DNA of 64,000 nt from an uncultured Methanomicrobiaceae archaeon (GTDB lineage: Archaea; Halobacteriota; Methanomicrobia; Methanomicrobiales; Methanoculleaceae): the NCBI GenBank assembly GCA_963826525.1, contig CAWGXH010000004.1, positions 1,600,001 to 1,664,000 on the forward strand, written 5' to 3'. The translations under genes were made by a program, and so were the position numbers. This document shows, in pieces, positions 45,900 to 56,859 of this stretch (the first letter of the stretch is position 1; each line of letters opens with the position of its first letter). Below the pieces are notes generated by a model. The model worked only from the letters and a program-made list of their open reading frames with translations, ran no database searches and was not told the origin of the DNA.

Positions 45900-47096
45900 A
45901 TGAAATTTGCTCTTGTCTCTCTCGGTTTGCCTCCATCCCAGTCAGGACAGTCGCTCGTGCTCTACCACCTGCTGAAGGACTTCAAACCCGATCAATACTG
46001 TTTGATCACGCAAAAGAACTTCTATCTCTATGGAAGCCAGGGAAACGGTTCATCTCGCCTGCCCGGCACATACTACTGCATTAATCCGGATTACCAGATA
46101 ATCCGTGGAATACTTCGTTTTTCGTCAGCAGTGCGTAGCACGGAAATCCTCAATACGCTCTTAAAGATACGGTTTCACCAGTTGAAAAGAATAATCAGCC
46201 GGGAGCGGTGCGATGCGATAATAGCATGTACCGGAGATCTCTTCGATCCTCCCGCAGCATATCTGGTAAGCAAGTCCCTCGGCATTCCCTTTATCCTGTA
46301 CGCATTCGACCATTACTCCCATCAATGGATGCCCCCTCTCCTTCATGCTTTCGCGCGAAAACATGAAGAACAACTGGTCCCGGGAGCAGCAGAAGTCATT
46401 GTGCCTAATGAGTTTCTCTGCCGGGAGTACTGTCAGGCCTATGGCGTTGAGGCGACGGTGCTGCACAACCCCTGTGACATCTCTCAGTATCAGGCAAATC
46501 CGAGTCACTGTACGAATGGTGGAGAGCGGGATATAACGATACTCTATACGGGCGCTATTTATGAAGCACATTATGATGCCTTTCAAAATTTGATCCAGGC
46601 TCTTCACTCTCTGGGCAGGCCGGAGATCTGCCTTCATATCTACACACCGCAATCGGAATCCAAACTGATAGCAAACAGTATCTGCGGAGACTTTGTCACC
46701 TATCATAAAAATCAGCCGATCTTCTCGATGCCTGAGATTCAACAGAAGGCTGACATCTTATTCCTTCCACTCGCGTTCAACTCGCCCTTTCCGGAGATCG
46801 TGAAAACAGCGTCGCCCGGGAAGATGGGTGAGCCTCTTGCCGCAAGACGGCCAGTATTGGTGCATGCTCCTGCGGACTCTTTCGTTTCGTGGTATTTCAA
46901 ACGGCACTCCTGCGGCCTGGTGGTCGATAAAAATGATCCCCTGGAGCTTGCAGATGGGATCGATACGCTCACCGGAGATAAGCACCTGCAGCAGACCTTA
47001 AGTGCTGCCGCATATGCCCGGGCAAAAGAAGATTTCGATGGCATAACCATCAAAAGAAGATTTACCAGCCTTCTTGAGGCTCAGTGCACCAGGTGA
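45900..47096 (+). CDS. GT-B (GT4-like) glycosyltransferase
   Basis: ILYTGAIY; ADILFLP; SPGK..E.LA..RPVL. Confidence 0.85.
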   Translation: MKFALVSLGLPPSQSGQSLVLYHLLKDFKPDQYCLITQKNFYLYGSQGNGSSRLPGTYYCINPDYQIIRGILRFSSAVRSTEILNTLLKIRFHQLKRIISRERCDAIIACTGDLFDPPAAYLVSKSLGIPFILYAFDHYSHQWMPPLLHAFARKHEEQLVPGAAEVIVPNEFLCREYCQAYGVEATVLHNPCDISQYQANPSHCTNGGERDITILYTGAIYEAHYDAFQNLIQALHSLGRPEICLHIYTPQSESKLIANSICGDFVTYHKNQPIFSMPEIQQKADILFLPLAFNSPFPEIVKTASPGKMGEPLAARRPVLVHAPADSFVSWYFKRHSCGLVVDKNDPLELADGIDTLTGDKHLQQTLSAAAYARAKEDFDGITIKRRFTSLLEAQCTR

Positions 47097-47802
47097 TATC
47101 GTGAACTATAGTGACATGTACCGGAGCGGCGAATACTTTCAGAAGCATCCCACATGGGATGTGGAAGATTCGCCCTGGAAAGCTCGGCAGATTCTAGCGC
47201 TGCTCGGAGAGCATAATATCCATGCACAGACTATCGGTGAGGTCGGGTGCGGAGCAGGCGAGATACTGGTCAATCTGCAGAGATCGATGAACGATGATTG
47301 TGTTTTCTTTGGTTATGATCTCTCACCTCAGGCGATTGAGATCTGCAATCAGAAATCGAACGCGAAACTGCACTTCTTCCTGGGCGATCTTCTCCAGAAA
47401 CCCGATATCTATTGGGATGTTCTCCTTGCCATCGATGTGATAGAGCATGTTGAAGACTATCTCGCATTCTTGGGGGCAGTTAAAGATAAGGCATTGTATA
47501 AGGTTTTTCACATCCCGCTGGAACTTTTTGCGCTTTCGATAATCGACTCCGGCTTTTTACAGAAACAGCGATCAAACAGTGGTCACCTGCATTATTTTAC
47601 GAAGGATATACTCTTGCAGATTTTTAGTGAGATGGGCTACGATATTCTTGACGCTCGCTATACACCCGGTTTTCAGGTTTCACGAGGGCATGGTTGGAAG
47701 GATGATCTCCTGCGTATCCCGAGGCGGATCTGTTTCCCCCTGAACAGAGACCTGACTGTGAGAATATTCGGCGGTTATTCCCTGTTGGTGCTGGCGCGAT
47801 AG
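47074..47802 (+). CDS. class I SAM-dependent methyltransferase
   Basis: EVGCGAG; GYDLS; DVIEHVED; GHLHYFT. Confidence 0.88.
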   Translation: MRLSAPGDIVNYSDMYRSGEYFQKHPTWDVEDSPWKARQILALLGEHNIHAQTIGEVGCGAGEILVNLQRSMNDDCVFFGYDLSPQAIEICNQKSNAKLHFFLGDLLQKPDIYWDVLLAIDVIEHVEDYLAFLGAVKDKALYKVFHIPLELFALSIIDSGFLQKQRSNSGHLHYFTKDILLQIFSEMGYDILDARYTPGFQVSRGHGWKDDLLRIPRRICFPLNRDLTVRIFGGYSLLVLAR

Positions 47803-48119
47803 AAGGGAGCGATTCAAAACTCTGTCGGTGCCGGCAGCATGAGGATTTGATAGGTGGTATGCCTGCTTTCAAATCCATCTATTAATTACAACTGGTGCGA
47901 CTTTGGCAGGTTCATTGGACGAAACCATGATATGAATCTGTCCCTGCTCTCCTGTCATGACCCTCTTTTGCTGTCACAGGTTCTGGTTCTATAAATACCC
48001 TGCCAAATAGAAAAGTGAATCCTCTTCCTATTTTTTATCTGGCAAAAATTATTTACTCCTTAGTTTGCAATATATGGCAATAATAGATTTTTCGGCATGG
48101 CGAAAATATCATATGGAGT

Positions 48120-49325
48120 ATGATGATGCAGGTACAAGGTTGTATTGACACCCGAGAGAAGTCGTTACTTGTCCTCACTCCCGATTATCCAGATGCCACG
48201 GATACCTATATTGGTGGAATTTTTGTTAAAAATTATCTCGACGCTATCAAACATCAATTCAGAGAGATAGTTGTCATCGCCCCTGTGTTTTTTTCTGCCG
48301 GAATACTGGGAGGCGACAGGTTATGCAGGGATTACCAATATGATAATATTCGGGTTTTTTTCCCCCGATGCTTCTTTGCTCCCCGGTGCCTGCGCATTCC
48401 CCTGCTTCACCGGATAAGATTGTCACTCGATCTCCGCCTTTTCTGCGTTGAGCAATGCATTAAGAAGATGGGGCTTACGTTCGATCTCATTCATGCCCAC
48501 TTCACATGGCCATCTGCCTATATTGCGATTAAGCTGAAAGAAAAATATGGAAAACCCGTTGTCGCAACGATTCATGAGGATCCGGACTGGCTGATGGAGG
48601 AAGTACAAGGTGGTCATCCCTTGATTGTATCGGCCTGGATGAACGCAGACGTCCTGATTCGAATTAACCCTGAGGACTCTGATATCCTGAAGGATTACAA
48701 TCCTCATGTGGTGATGCTTCCCAATGGATATGCACACATATTCCGACCTCTGGATCGTCAGCAGTGCAGGGCAGAGCTTGGCCTGCCTGAAGAGAGAAAG
48801 ATCATACTTTCCGTCGGCATGCTTGAGGAGATAAAAGGGCATCGTTTTCTTGTTGGTGCTATCCGAGAGATTCTGCGAAAGCGCACTGACGTCTTATGCG
48901 TTATTGTTGGCGACGGGCCGCGAAGGTCTGAATTGGAGCAACAGTTGAAAGACGAAGGATTGCTCAAGTACGTCATGCTTGCCGGAAATCGACCTCACAC
49001 TGAGATTCCTATCTGGATGAATGCCTGCGACCTGCTTGTATTGCCAAGTCTCAATGAGAGCTTCGGTGTCGTTCAGATCGAGGCTCTGGCATGCGGTAAG
49101 CCTGTAGTGGCAACACGAACCTTTGGTTCGAAGGCGATCATCCGTTCTGAGCGATACGGTTTGCTCTGTGAACCGATGAACCCGGATGATCTTGCAGCAA
49201 AGATCCTCCTTGCTCTGGACAGGGACTGGCAGCAGGAGGAGATTCTTGCATATGCAGTGGAGTACTCCTGGGAGCGGATCTCCGGAGATGTCACTAAACC
49301 TGTACGCGCAGGTGCTGGAGGGTAA
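48120..49325 (+). CDS. GT4 glycosyltransferase (TuaC-like)
   Basis: DLIHAHF; VG.L...KG; ESFGVVQIEALACGKPVV. Confidence 0.92.
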   Translation: MMMQVQGCIDTREKSLLVLTPDYPDATDTYIGGIFVKNYLDAIKHQFREIVVIAPVFFSAGILGGDRLCRDYQYDNIRVFFPRCFFAPRCLRIPLLHRIRLSLDLRLFCVEQCIKKMGLTFDLIHAHFTWPSAYIAIKLKEKYGKPVVATIHEDPDWLMEEVQGGHPLIVSAWMNADVLIRINPEDSDILKDYNPHVVMLPNGYAHIFRPLDRQQCRAELGLPEERKIILSVGMLEEIKGHRFLVGAIREILRKRTDVLCVIVGDGPRRSELEQQLKDEGLLKYVMLAGNRPHTEIPIWMNACDLLVLPSLNESFGVVQIEALACGKPVVATRTFGSKAIIRSERYGLLCEPMNPDDLAAKILLALDRDWQQEEILAYAVEYSWERISGDVTKPVRAGAGG

Positions 49326-49578
49326 AATCTCTGTTAAAAAAGCAGACGAGCACGGAGAGGTGGTGATTGACCATCATTCCCATCACACACCGGTTTCGTT
49401 GAAGTAGTGGAATAAGGTGGCTCGCAATGAGTGCATTGCTGGGGAAGTATCGTTCTGGGCTAACCTGGCGATTTGTTGGAGCCTCAAATTATGGGACGCA
49501 CTTATAACGTGTACATCCGGGTAAATCTTTCTCCCCGAATAAAAAACCATTTCTGACCGCACGAGCTACCTATACTGC

Positions 49579-51058
49579 GTGTTCAAGCCTTCCCGTTATC
49601 TTGCCCGGATTATGGGCATCGGCACTGTTCAAAGACAAAGTTTAGCAAGTCTCTTCTTTAACGTGGTTTTGACGGGAATTGGATTTCTCTCCACGATGTA
49701 CTTTGCACATGCCGTGGGTCCTTCATTCCTTGGAATCTATTTTCTCTTTCTTGCTTACTTTGGCATCTTCGATCTTATCGGCGATAGCGGGTTTGGGGGT
49801 GCTGCAGTTAAACGAATTAGTGAAGGTCTTGAGCAAAATGCCTACTTCTCGTCATACCTCGTTCTCCGGGTATTACTGCTAACCGTATCAGTCTCTGCCT
49901 TGCTGCTGGCCGAGCCCTTTCTCGTCGACCTCACTTCAAATGGCCTGATTCCTTGGCTGATCGTCGCGCTCGTCGTCAGCGTATTTACAAGCGGCATATC
50001 ATACTGTGTTTACGGTACCGGCAAGGTCGGCATCTTCCAACTGGGTGGATTTCTGAACAATACTGTCAAGATCATCATTCAGATTATTGCAATTTTCTTG
50101 GGTTTTGGTGTTGCCGGGCTTGTGGGGGGATTTATTGCCGGGCTCCTGGTCGGCGGCCTGGTAAATATTCCGTTCCTCGAGCCTCCGACCCGCAAGATTC
50201 CACTGGCGGCATATACAGAGCCTCCTTGGATTCTCTTTATGGTCATTTATGAGTTCGAGCGGGTACTCGTCTTCACCTATGCCGACACCGTCCTGATCGG
50301 CTACTTCATGGCTGATGCAGATGTCGGCATCTACCGCGTCGCTCTCCAGACTCACATCGGTTGCGACCTTCATCACAGTGGCGCTCCATGCAACGCTCTT
50401 TCCCCGGATGAGCCACTGGGCGTCGCATGGCGAGCACGACTCCATTGCCGCTTCGCTCACCCGGGCGTTCACGTACTCGCTCCTCCTCGCGGTTCCAGTG
50501 CTCGCCGGGGGCTGGCTGCTCGGTGAGCGGCTCCTCTACTTCTTCTACGGGGCATCCTTCGCCGCCGGTGCGCCGGCGCTCGCCGTTCTGCTCGTCGTTC
50601 AGGTGGCGAACATCTTTATGTTCCTCCAGACAATGACCCTCAACGCCCTCGACCGGCCGAAGGACTCCTTCCGGGTGACGGCCGTCGCAGCCGTCGTCAA
50701 CATCGGCCTGAATATCGCCCTCATACCGCTGCTCGGGATCGTCGGGGCATCCATAGCGACGCTTGTCACAATGGTGCTGAACGCGGGTCTTGCCTACCGC
50801 GCGCTCTCCCGTTTCACGGTGGTGGGAATCGAACGCCGCTCCGTTGGAAACATTCTCGCATCTACCCTCGTCATGGCAGCGGCTATCGGTCTGTATCTTC
50901 TGTTCGTCCCGCTTACAAGCATCTTCCTTACCCTCGGAGCCGTACTCCTCGGAGGGGCAGTCTACGGTGTCGTGCTGCTCCGGATAGATCGGGGCATCCA
51001 CGACGAACTCAAAGATCTGACGCAGAAACTCGGGTTTCCCTGGCCAGGTATTCTGTAG
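49579..51058 (+). CDS. oligosaccharide flippase (MOP/Wzx-like), copy 1; frameshifts
   Basis: D.GFGGA.VKRISE; YADTVLIGYF...DVGIYRVA; NIGLN..LIP..GIVGA; two ORFs join. Confidence 0.9.
50250..51040 (+). repeat. long near-identical direct repeat with about 56040-56835 (3' halves of the two flippases)
   Basis: Exact shared runs 50558-50611 = 56349-56402 (54 bp) and 50677-50736 = 56468-56527 (60 bp). Confidence 0.9.
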
Positions 51059-51066
51059 CGGATCAC

Positions 51067-52194
51067 TCATCTGCAGTCGGCAGCCATGGCGCTGTAGACC
51101 CCGAGCAGATCCCCTTCGATCCTCTCCCAGTTATACTGCTCCTCAACCGCATGTCTCCCATTCTCTCCCATTCTTCGTGCTTCATCGGGGTTGTCGATCA
51201 GGTAGGATACGGCTCCGACAATGGCGCCGATGTCGGTCGGATCGACGAGAATCCCGCATTCCGCCTCGCTGACTACTTTATGTATCTCCGGAAAGTCGCT
51301 CGCGATCACGGGAAGGCCAAGGTGCATGTAATCAAAGAGTTTGTTCGGCAGGCCAATGTAGACGTTGTAGTAGTGCGGCTGGAAGACGAGAAGCCCGATG
51401 CCCCCCTCGCTCATTCTCGCATACATTTCACCGGGGGGGAGGTAGCCTGTTGCGGTGATCCGCTTTCGGATCTCCTGCCCCCCAGGCATCTCCGTGAGGC
51501 CGTCACGTATATTGCCGATGAGGGTGAGGGAGATCTCCGGATAGCGTTCGCTGAGAATTTCAAGAGCCCGGATGCATTCGTTAATGCCGTGGAATGCATG
51601 CATATTTCCGGCCATGTATACCAGGTGCTGCAGTTCCCTTGCTACAGGGTGAGCACCTTCGGTGCTCTGAAGAGAGAAGTTTGGTAGGATCGTCGGACGA
51701 CGCTTCATTGCGTTGAATCGTGCACCGACACTCTCACTGACTGCAATGGTGCCGTCGGAACACCGCGAGAGGATCATCTCGAGAGGATCGATGAGTTTTC
51801 GCAGTGCTGTGTGGAATACCGTATTGTCGGCAAGCCCCATATCGAACGGTATCTCGCTTGGCCAGTGTTCGTGGATGTCGTAGATCAGCTTCTTCCCCTT
51901 CAGGATTTTTAAAAAAACTCCCAGAAGGAGCGCATCCGGCTCGTGGCAATGGTAGACGTCTGCATCCTGACGGAATGAGGCCAGAAGCACCTTCAGGAGC
52001 GTTACCGGGTGAAGCAGGTTGGAGACGGGTCTTTGAACAGTGACAACAGAAACCCCGTCGATCCGGCTGATACTCTCCTCTTTCGATGGCGCAACGAGTG
52101 TGACCTCATGTTCTTTTGCAAGGCTCCTTGCCTCCTTCTGGAAGATCCTTCCGTCATGAGGTGGATGGGTGGTTGTAAGCATACAGACTTTCAT
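51067..52194 (-). CDS. GT4 glycosyltransferase
   Basis: HPPHDGRIF.KEARSL; YHCHEPD; YDIHEH; PNKLFDYM..GLPVIASDF. Confidence 0.92.
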   Translation of the reverse strand: MKVCMLTTTHPPHDGRIFQKEARSLAKEHEVTLVAPSKEESISRIDGVSVVTVQRPVSNLLHPVTLLKVLLASFRQDADVYHCHEPDALLLGVFLKILKGKKLIYDIHEHWPSEIPFDMGLADNTVFHTALRKLIDPLEMILSRCSDGTIAVSESVGARFNAMKRRPTILPNFSLQSTEGAHPVARELQHLVYMAGNMHAFHGINECIRALEILSERYPEISLTLIGNIRDGLTEMPGGQEIRKRITATGYLPPGEMYARMSEGGIGLLVFQPHYYNVYIGLPNKLFDYMHLGLPVIASDFPEIHKVVSEAECGILVDPTDIGAIVGAVSYLIDNPDEARRMGENGRHAVEEQYNWERIEGDLLGVYSAMAADCR

Positions 52195-52520
52195 ACGGGA
52201 CTCCTGACCCGTGCAGACGCTCCTGCATCAGAGTTGTCCGCATCCGCACTTCCGGTAGACCTGAGGCGGGCTTTGAATGGGCAAGGATGTATAATTATCT
52301 TATTTATATATTTGCAACAATACTTGTTTTAATTGCCGCAATTGCACATTGTGGTATTAATTTACTGTATCTGCGGCATGAGTGCTGGCAGCTCTTCATC
52401 TGGGAAAATAGGAGGAATTTATGTGGTTTTCTCTGGCCAGGCCGTATGCAGGGGGGCTTTTCCCATTACACTATTCCGACGCCATCTGTATGTCTTTGCT
52501 GATGGGCGTCTGTAGCAGGT

Positions 52521-52810
52521 TTGAGTACAACTCCAACAACCCGGGTGTTTCGAGAGAAGAGACTATTGCACTCCAGGAGAGGTTTTCCCGGGGAGAATGT
52601 GATTGTTTTCTTTGCACCCGGTATAGCCGCTCTTAACAATAGAGCGGCGAGGTTGCAGGTGCTCATGAGGGCGGTGCGGCAGCTCTGCAAGGCGTCTCCA
52701 GAGATCGTTCTCATCGCCACCCGCGAAGGCGCCTGCTCGGGAGAATTAAGAGACTTTGTACTGATGGAGGGTATCGTCGATCTGGTTTGATCACCCGGGG
52801 ACGCTATTTC
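52521..52810 (+). pseudogene. possible GT4 glycosyltransferase remnant
   Basis: LQVLMRAVRQLCKASPEIVLIATREGACSGELRDFVLMEGIVDLV resembles the GT4 segment L..A...L....P...L...G.G....L......G..D.V. Confidence 0.45.
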
Positions 52811-52853
52811 AAGAAGAGAGGTGTCAGCCGGTTTGAGGTGGGATCCGGCCGCT

Positions 52854-54023
52854 TCACTTTGTCGTACTCTCCGGCTCTTTCTGTGATTCCCCGTCGCCTC
52901 TGCCTGACCGATACTCCAGTATCCCGCGGCGCACCCGTGCCGCCTGCTCCCTCCACGTGAAGTTTTCTCTCACGGCAAAGAGCTTCTGCGACATCTCTTC
53001 CCGTTTTCCAGGGCTTTTCAGCAGATCCTCGAGCGCTGCAAAGAAGGCCTCGGTCGAATAATCGATATAGACGATCCCGCCGTTGCAGCCGATATCGATG
53101 AGCGACTCGCATTTCGTGCAGAGTATCGGGATGGTCGTTCCGATATATTCGTAGAGTTTCGTCGGCGAGGAGAGGTTCAGGTACGGCTCCTCTGGATTGT
53201 AGGGCATGACGAGTACGTCCATGCTCTTCAGGGCGGCAGGGATATCCTCGCGCGGCAGTTCACGCCGGACGATACAGTCCGAATGCTCGATCCGATCCCG
53301 GAGTTCTCCTGCAATCCCGGGCCCATACGGGCCGTAGAGGTGGAGCACCACCCCAGGGTTTGCCGCATGCAGAGCCGTGCAGGCCTCGACCAGAAGATCA
53401 ATGCCCCGGTTTTTCGTCAGGGCACCGATATAGCAGACGTTAAACCTGCCGTTGACGGCACGGTACGGCTCAGGATACAGGTGCACGAAGGTATCCTCGA
53501 ATGCATTCGGAGCAATGACGACCGATGATTCGTCAAGGCCGTAGGTCTTGCTGACGCGATCCCACATCTGCCGGTTCAATGCGATGATCACTGGGGCGTT
53601 GCTGAGACAGTGCGCCTCGAACCGCCGGCTTAAACGCTCCTCTCCATCTCCAACCGCTGCAGTCTGCTCCAGAGTGTCGTGCAGGTCAAGGATCGTCTCG
53701 ACCCCGATGAACGAACAGAACGAGAAGAGGAGTCGGTTCTGCACCGTCGTCATCGAGTGCGGGTAGGCAAAATACACCCACGATCGGTCGCGCCGGATAC
53801 GGTATGCCGACCGGAGAGCGGCGAGGGTTTTTCGAATGTTATTTGCCAGTCTCCGCTGAATGCCCCCACCTGGCGGCAGATCGCACGCGACGGCATCGAT
53901 CTCCACGTCCGTGTATTCCGCAAGTTCCTTCAGCAGAAAATGGATCCGGGTATATGTGGGTGATACGCCTGTTCCGAGTTTCTTGAGAAGCGTGCCGTTG
54001 CATACGGCGAAGATCCGGATCAT
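52854..54023 (-). CDS. GT4-like glycosyltransferase
   Basis: YIGAL..NRG.DLL; DVLVMPY; SSPTKLYEY. Confidence 0.88.
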   Translation of the reverse strand: MIRIFAVCNGTLLKKLGTGVSPTYTRIHFLLKELAEYTDVEIDAVACDLPPGGGIQRRLANNIRKTLAALRSAYRIRRDRSWVYFAYPHSMTTVQNRLLFSFCSFIGVETILDLHDTLEQTAAVGDGEERLSRRFEAHCLSNAPVIIALNRQMWDRVSKTYGLDESSVVIAPNAFEDTFVHLYPEPYRAVNGRFNVCYIGALTKNRGIDLLVEACTALHAANPGVVLHLYGPYGPGIAGELRDRIEHSDCIVRRELPREDIPAALKSMDVLVMPYNPEEPYLNLSSPTKLYEYIGTTIPILCTKCESLIDIGCNGGIVYIDYSTEAFFAALEDLLKSPGKREEMSQKLFAVRENFTWREQAARVRRGILEYRSGRGDGESQKEPESTTK

Positions 54024-55042
54024 GCGGCCTGCTCGTCGATCGCCCTTTTCAGTTTCTCTTCCCGGGATTCCAGCGAAAACCGGTGCTGCACTCTTTTCCG
54101 GGCAATCCTGCCCGTATCAGCAGTGAGTGCACGTGCAACAGCATCTGCCGTTGCCTCGACGTTGCCGTAAGGCACAATGAATCCGGCATCCCCGACCACT
54201 TCCGGGAGCGCGCCCCTGTCGGTCACCACTGGTACACATTCGCACGCCATCGCCTCTGCGAGAGCAACACCGAACGATTCGCGATAGGAGAACTGGCAGT
54301 AGACTCTGGCTCTCTGGTACCACCGAATCAGTTCTTCCTGGGACAATGCGTCCGTAAATTCGACGTTTGCAGGGATGGTCTCACCGAATACCTTAAGGGA
54401 GTTGTCCTGTATGCTGCCTGCGATGACGAAACGGTTTTTTGGAAAGTATCGGGCGGTTCGGATGAATGTGTCGAGCCCCTTTATAGCGATATTGGCTCTG
54501 TTGACCAGGCAGACCGTCAGCACCAGATCCTCTTTTCCTCCGTTCGGGGAAAATACAGAGCAGTCGATCCCGTTATAGATGGTCTCGAGCGCCCGAGGCC
54601 TGGCTACCTGCTCGATTTCGGCGCGGTTGAAGTCCGATACGGCAAGGATGCGGTCGGCGTGGCTGAGGATATACCTGATTCTCCGTGAGAGCGTCGGGTC
54701 GAGGAGAGAACCGTAGTGGATCTCCGGTTCTCGTGCCACTTCATACCCCCCGATGACGACGATCGATCGCTTTCCAAGGAGCCGTGCCAGGTGAACTGCG
54801 AGATAGGCATGATTGTGGGCGAACCAGCAGAAGACAACATCGGCCCAGAGGGTGCCCATGGCAATCTTAAAGAATGCCGATACGTCGCCGCCCTGCCGCG
54901 AACCGGTTTCGGCATCGAGAACGATCTCCCTGACCTGGTAGTGTCTTTGCAGAATGTCACGATCCCTCCGGGTAAACGAGGACATCGACGGACATATGAG
55001 GCATACTCTGGTCATCCTCTCCATTCCGGCTCCTCCGTCCAT
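54020..55042 (-). CDS. GT4 glycosyltransferase
   Basis: IYNGID; IKGLD; ESFGVALAEAMAC..VPVV. Confidence 0.92.
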   Translation of the reverse strand: MDGGAGMERMTRVCLICPSMSSFTRRDRDILQRHYQVREIVLDAETGSRQGGDVSAFFKIAMGTLWADVVFCWFAHNHAYLAVHLARLLGKRSIVVIGGYEVAREPEIHYGSLLDPTLSRRIRYILSHADRILAVSDFNRAEIEQVARPRALETIYNGIDCSVFSPNGGKEDLVLTVCLVNRANIAIKGLDTFIRTARYFPKNRFVIAGSIQDNSLKVFGETIPANVEFTDALSQEELIRWYQRARVYCQFSYRESFGVALAEAMACECVPVVTDRGALPEVVGDAGFIVPYGNVEATADAVARALTADTGRIARKRVQHRFSLESREEKLKRAIDEQAA

Positions 55043-55370
55043 CTTCGTGGGGTGCGGCCTGGCTCTGCTCCGATGCTCTTCTCGCTCTTTCGAAAAATAT
55101 AGTTTTCTCTCAATGTGGGGCCAAATTGTGTAACCGGGTAACCCAATGTCATAGTATACTGTCTCTCGTTATCGATCGCGAGGGTGCAACAGGCCGGGTT
55201 TGACAGTAATGCACACCGTCCGTTCCCGCCGCGAAGCCGGAAATGACGGTGGTTCGCCCTACAGCAGCGCTGCTATCCTGATACCAAAAATCTCCCTCCC
55301 TCTGATTCTGTACCGCAGAAATTGCAGACGTGAGAAATAGTTATCAGTTCTGCGCCCATCTCCTGTATCT

Positions 55371-56850
55371 GTGTTCAAACCCTCCCGCTACCTCGCCCGG
55401 ATCATGGGTATCGGCACCGTCCAGCGGCAGAGCCTCATCAGTCTCAGCTCGACGATCGGGATCACCGCAATAGGGTTCCTCTCGACGATGTACTTTGCCC
55501 ATGCCGTCGGCCCGGCGGTGCTCGGCGCGTACTTCATCTTCGTCGCCTTCTTTGGGATCTTCGACCTCGTCGGGGACGGAGGGTTTGGGGGAGCCGTCAT
55601 AAAGCGGATCAGCGAAGGGAAGGAACAGGACGAATACTTCTCGGCCTTCGGGGTTCTGCGAGTCCTTCTCCTTGCCGTCTCCGTAGCCGTGCTCCTGCTT
55701 CTCGAACCGTTTCTCGTCGACCTCACTTCGGCAGGAGTTTTCTCCTGGCTGATCGTCGCCCTTGTCGTCAGCGTCTTTACGAGCACGGTCTCCTATAGCG
55801 TCTACGGGAGCGGAAAGGTCGGGGTCTACCAACTGAGCGGGCTTTTCAACAACGTGTTGCGGATCTCCCTGCAGGTCATTGCGGTCTTCATTGGTTTCGG
55901 GGTCGCGGGACTGGTCGGGGGTTTTGTCGCCGGCCTGCTCGCCGCCGGTCTCTTTAACCTGCTCTTCCTCGATCTCCGCCCAGCACTCTTCGGGTGGCGG
56001 CATCTTTCGAGCCTCTTCTCCTTCTCGGTCTGGACGTTTTTGAGTTCGAGCGGGTATCTCGTCTTCACCTACGCCGACACCGTCCTGATCGGCTACTTCA
56101 TGGCCGACGCAGATGTCGGCATCTACCGCGTCGCCCTCCAGCTCACCACAATCGCGACCTTCATTACGATGGCGCTCCACACCACGCTCTTTCCCCGGAT
56201 GAGCCACTGGGCGTCGCACGGAGAACATGACTCCATCGCATCCTCGCTCACCCGGGCGTTCACCTACTCGCTCCTCCTCGCCGTCCCGGTGCTCACCGGG
56301 GGCTGGCTGCTCGGCGAACGGCTCCTTTACTTCTTCTACGGGGCATCTTTCGCCGCCGGTGCGCCGGCGCTCGCCGTTCTGCTCGTCGTTCAGGTGGCGA
56401 ACGTCTTTATGTTCCTCCAGACGATGACCTTGAACGCCCTCGACCGGCCGAAGGACTCCTTCCGGGCGACGGCCGTCGCAGCCGTCGTCAACATCGGCCT
56501 GAATATCGCCCTCATACCGCTGCTCGGCATTGTCGGGGCAGCCGTAGCGACGCTTGTCACGATGGTGCTGAACGCGGGTCTTGCCTACCGTGCGCTCTCC
56601 CGCCTCATGCCTGTGGGGATCGAGCGCCGCCCGGTCGGAAACATTCTCGCAGCTGCACTCGTCATGGCCGCGGTTATCGGTCTCTATGTCCTGTTCGCCC
56701 CGCTTACGAACGTCTTCGCCTGTCCTCGGGGCCGTGCTTCTTGGCGGGGCGGTCTACGGCGTCGTGCTGCTCCGGATGGATCGGGGCATCCACGACGAAC
56801 TCAAAGATCTGACGCAGAAACTCGGGCTTCCCTGGCCGGCTTTGCTCTGA
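55371..56850 (+). CDS. oligosaccharide flippase, copy 2; frameshift near 56720
   Basis: Same N-terminus MFKPSRYLARIMGIGTVQRQSL and C-terminus DRGIHDELKDLTQKLG as copy 1. Confidence 0.9.
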
Positions 56851-56859
56851 GACCGGCCT

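Noticed and set aside
47843-47877. GGATTTGA...TCAAATCC inverted repeat after the methyltransferase
   Set aside because: An 8-bp stem could be chance or a simple terminator; no further support
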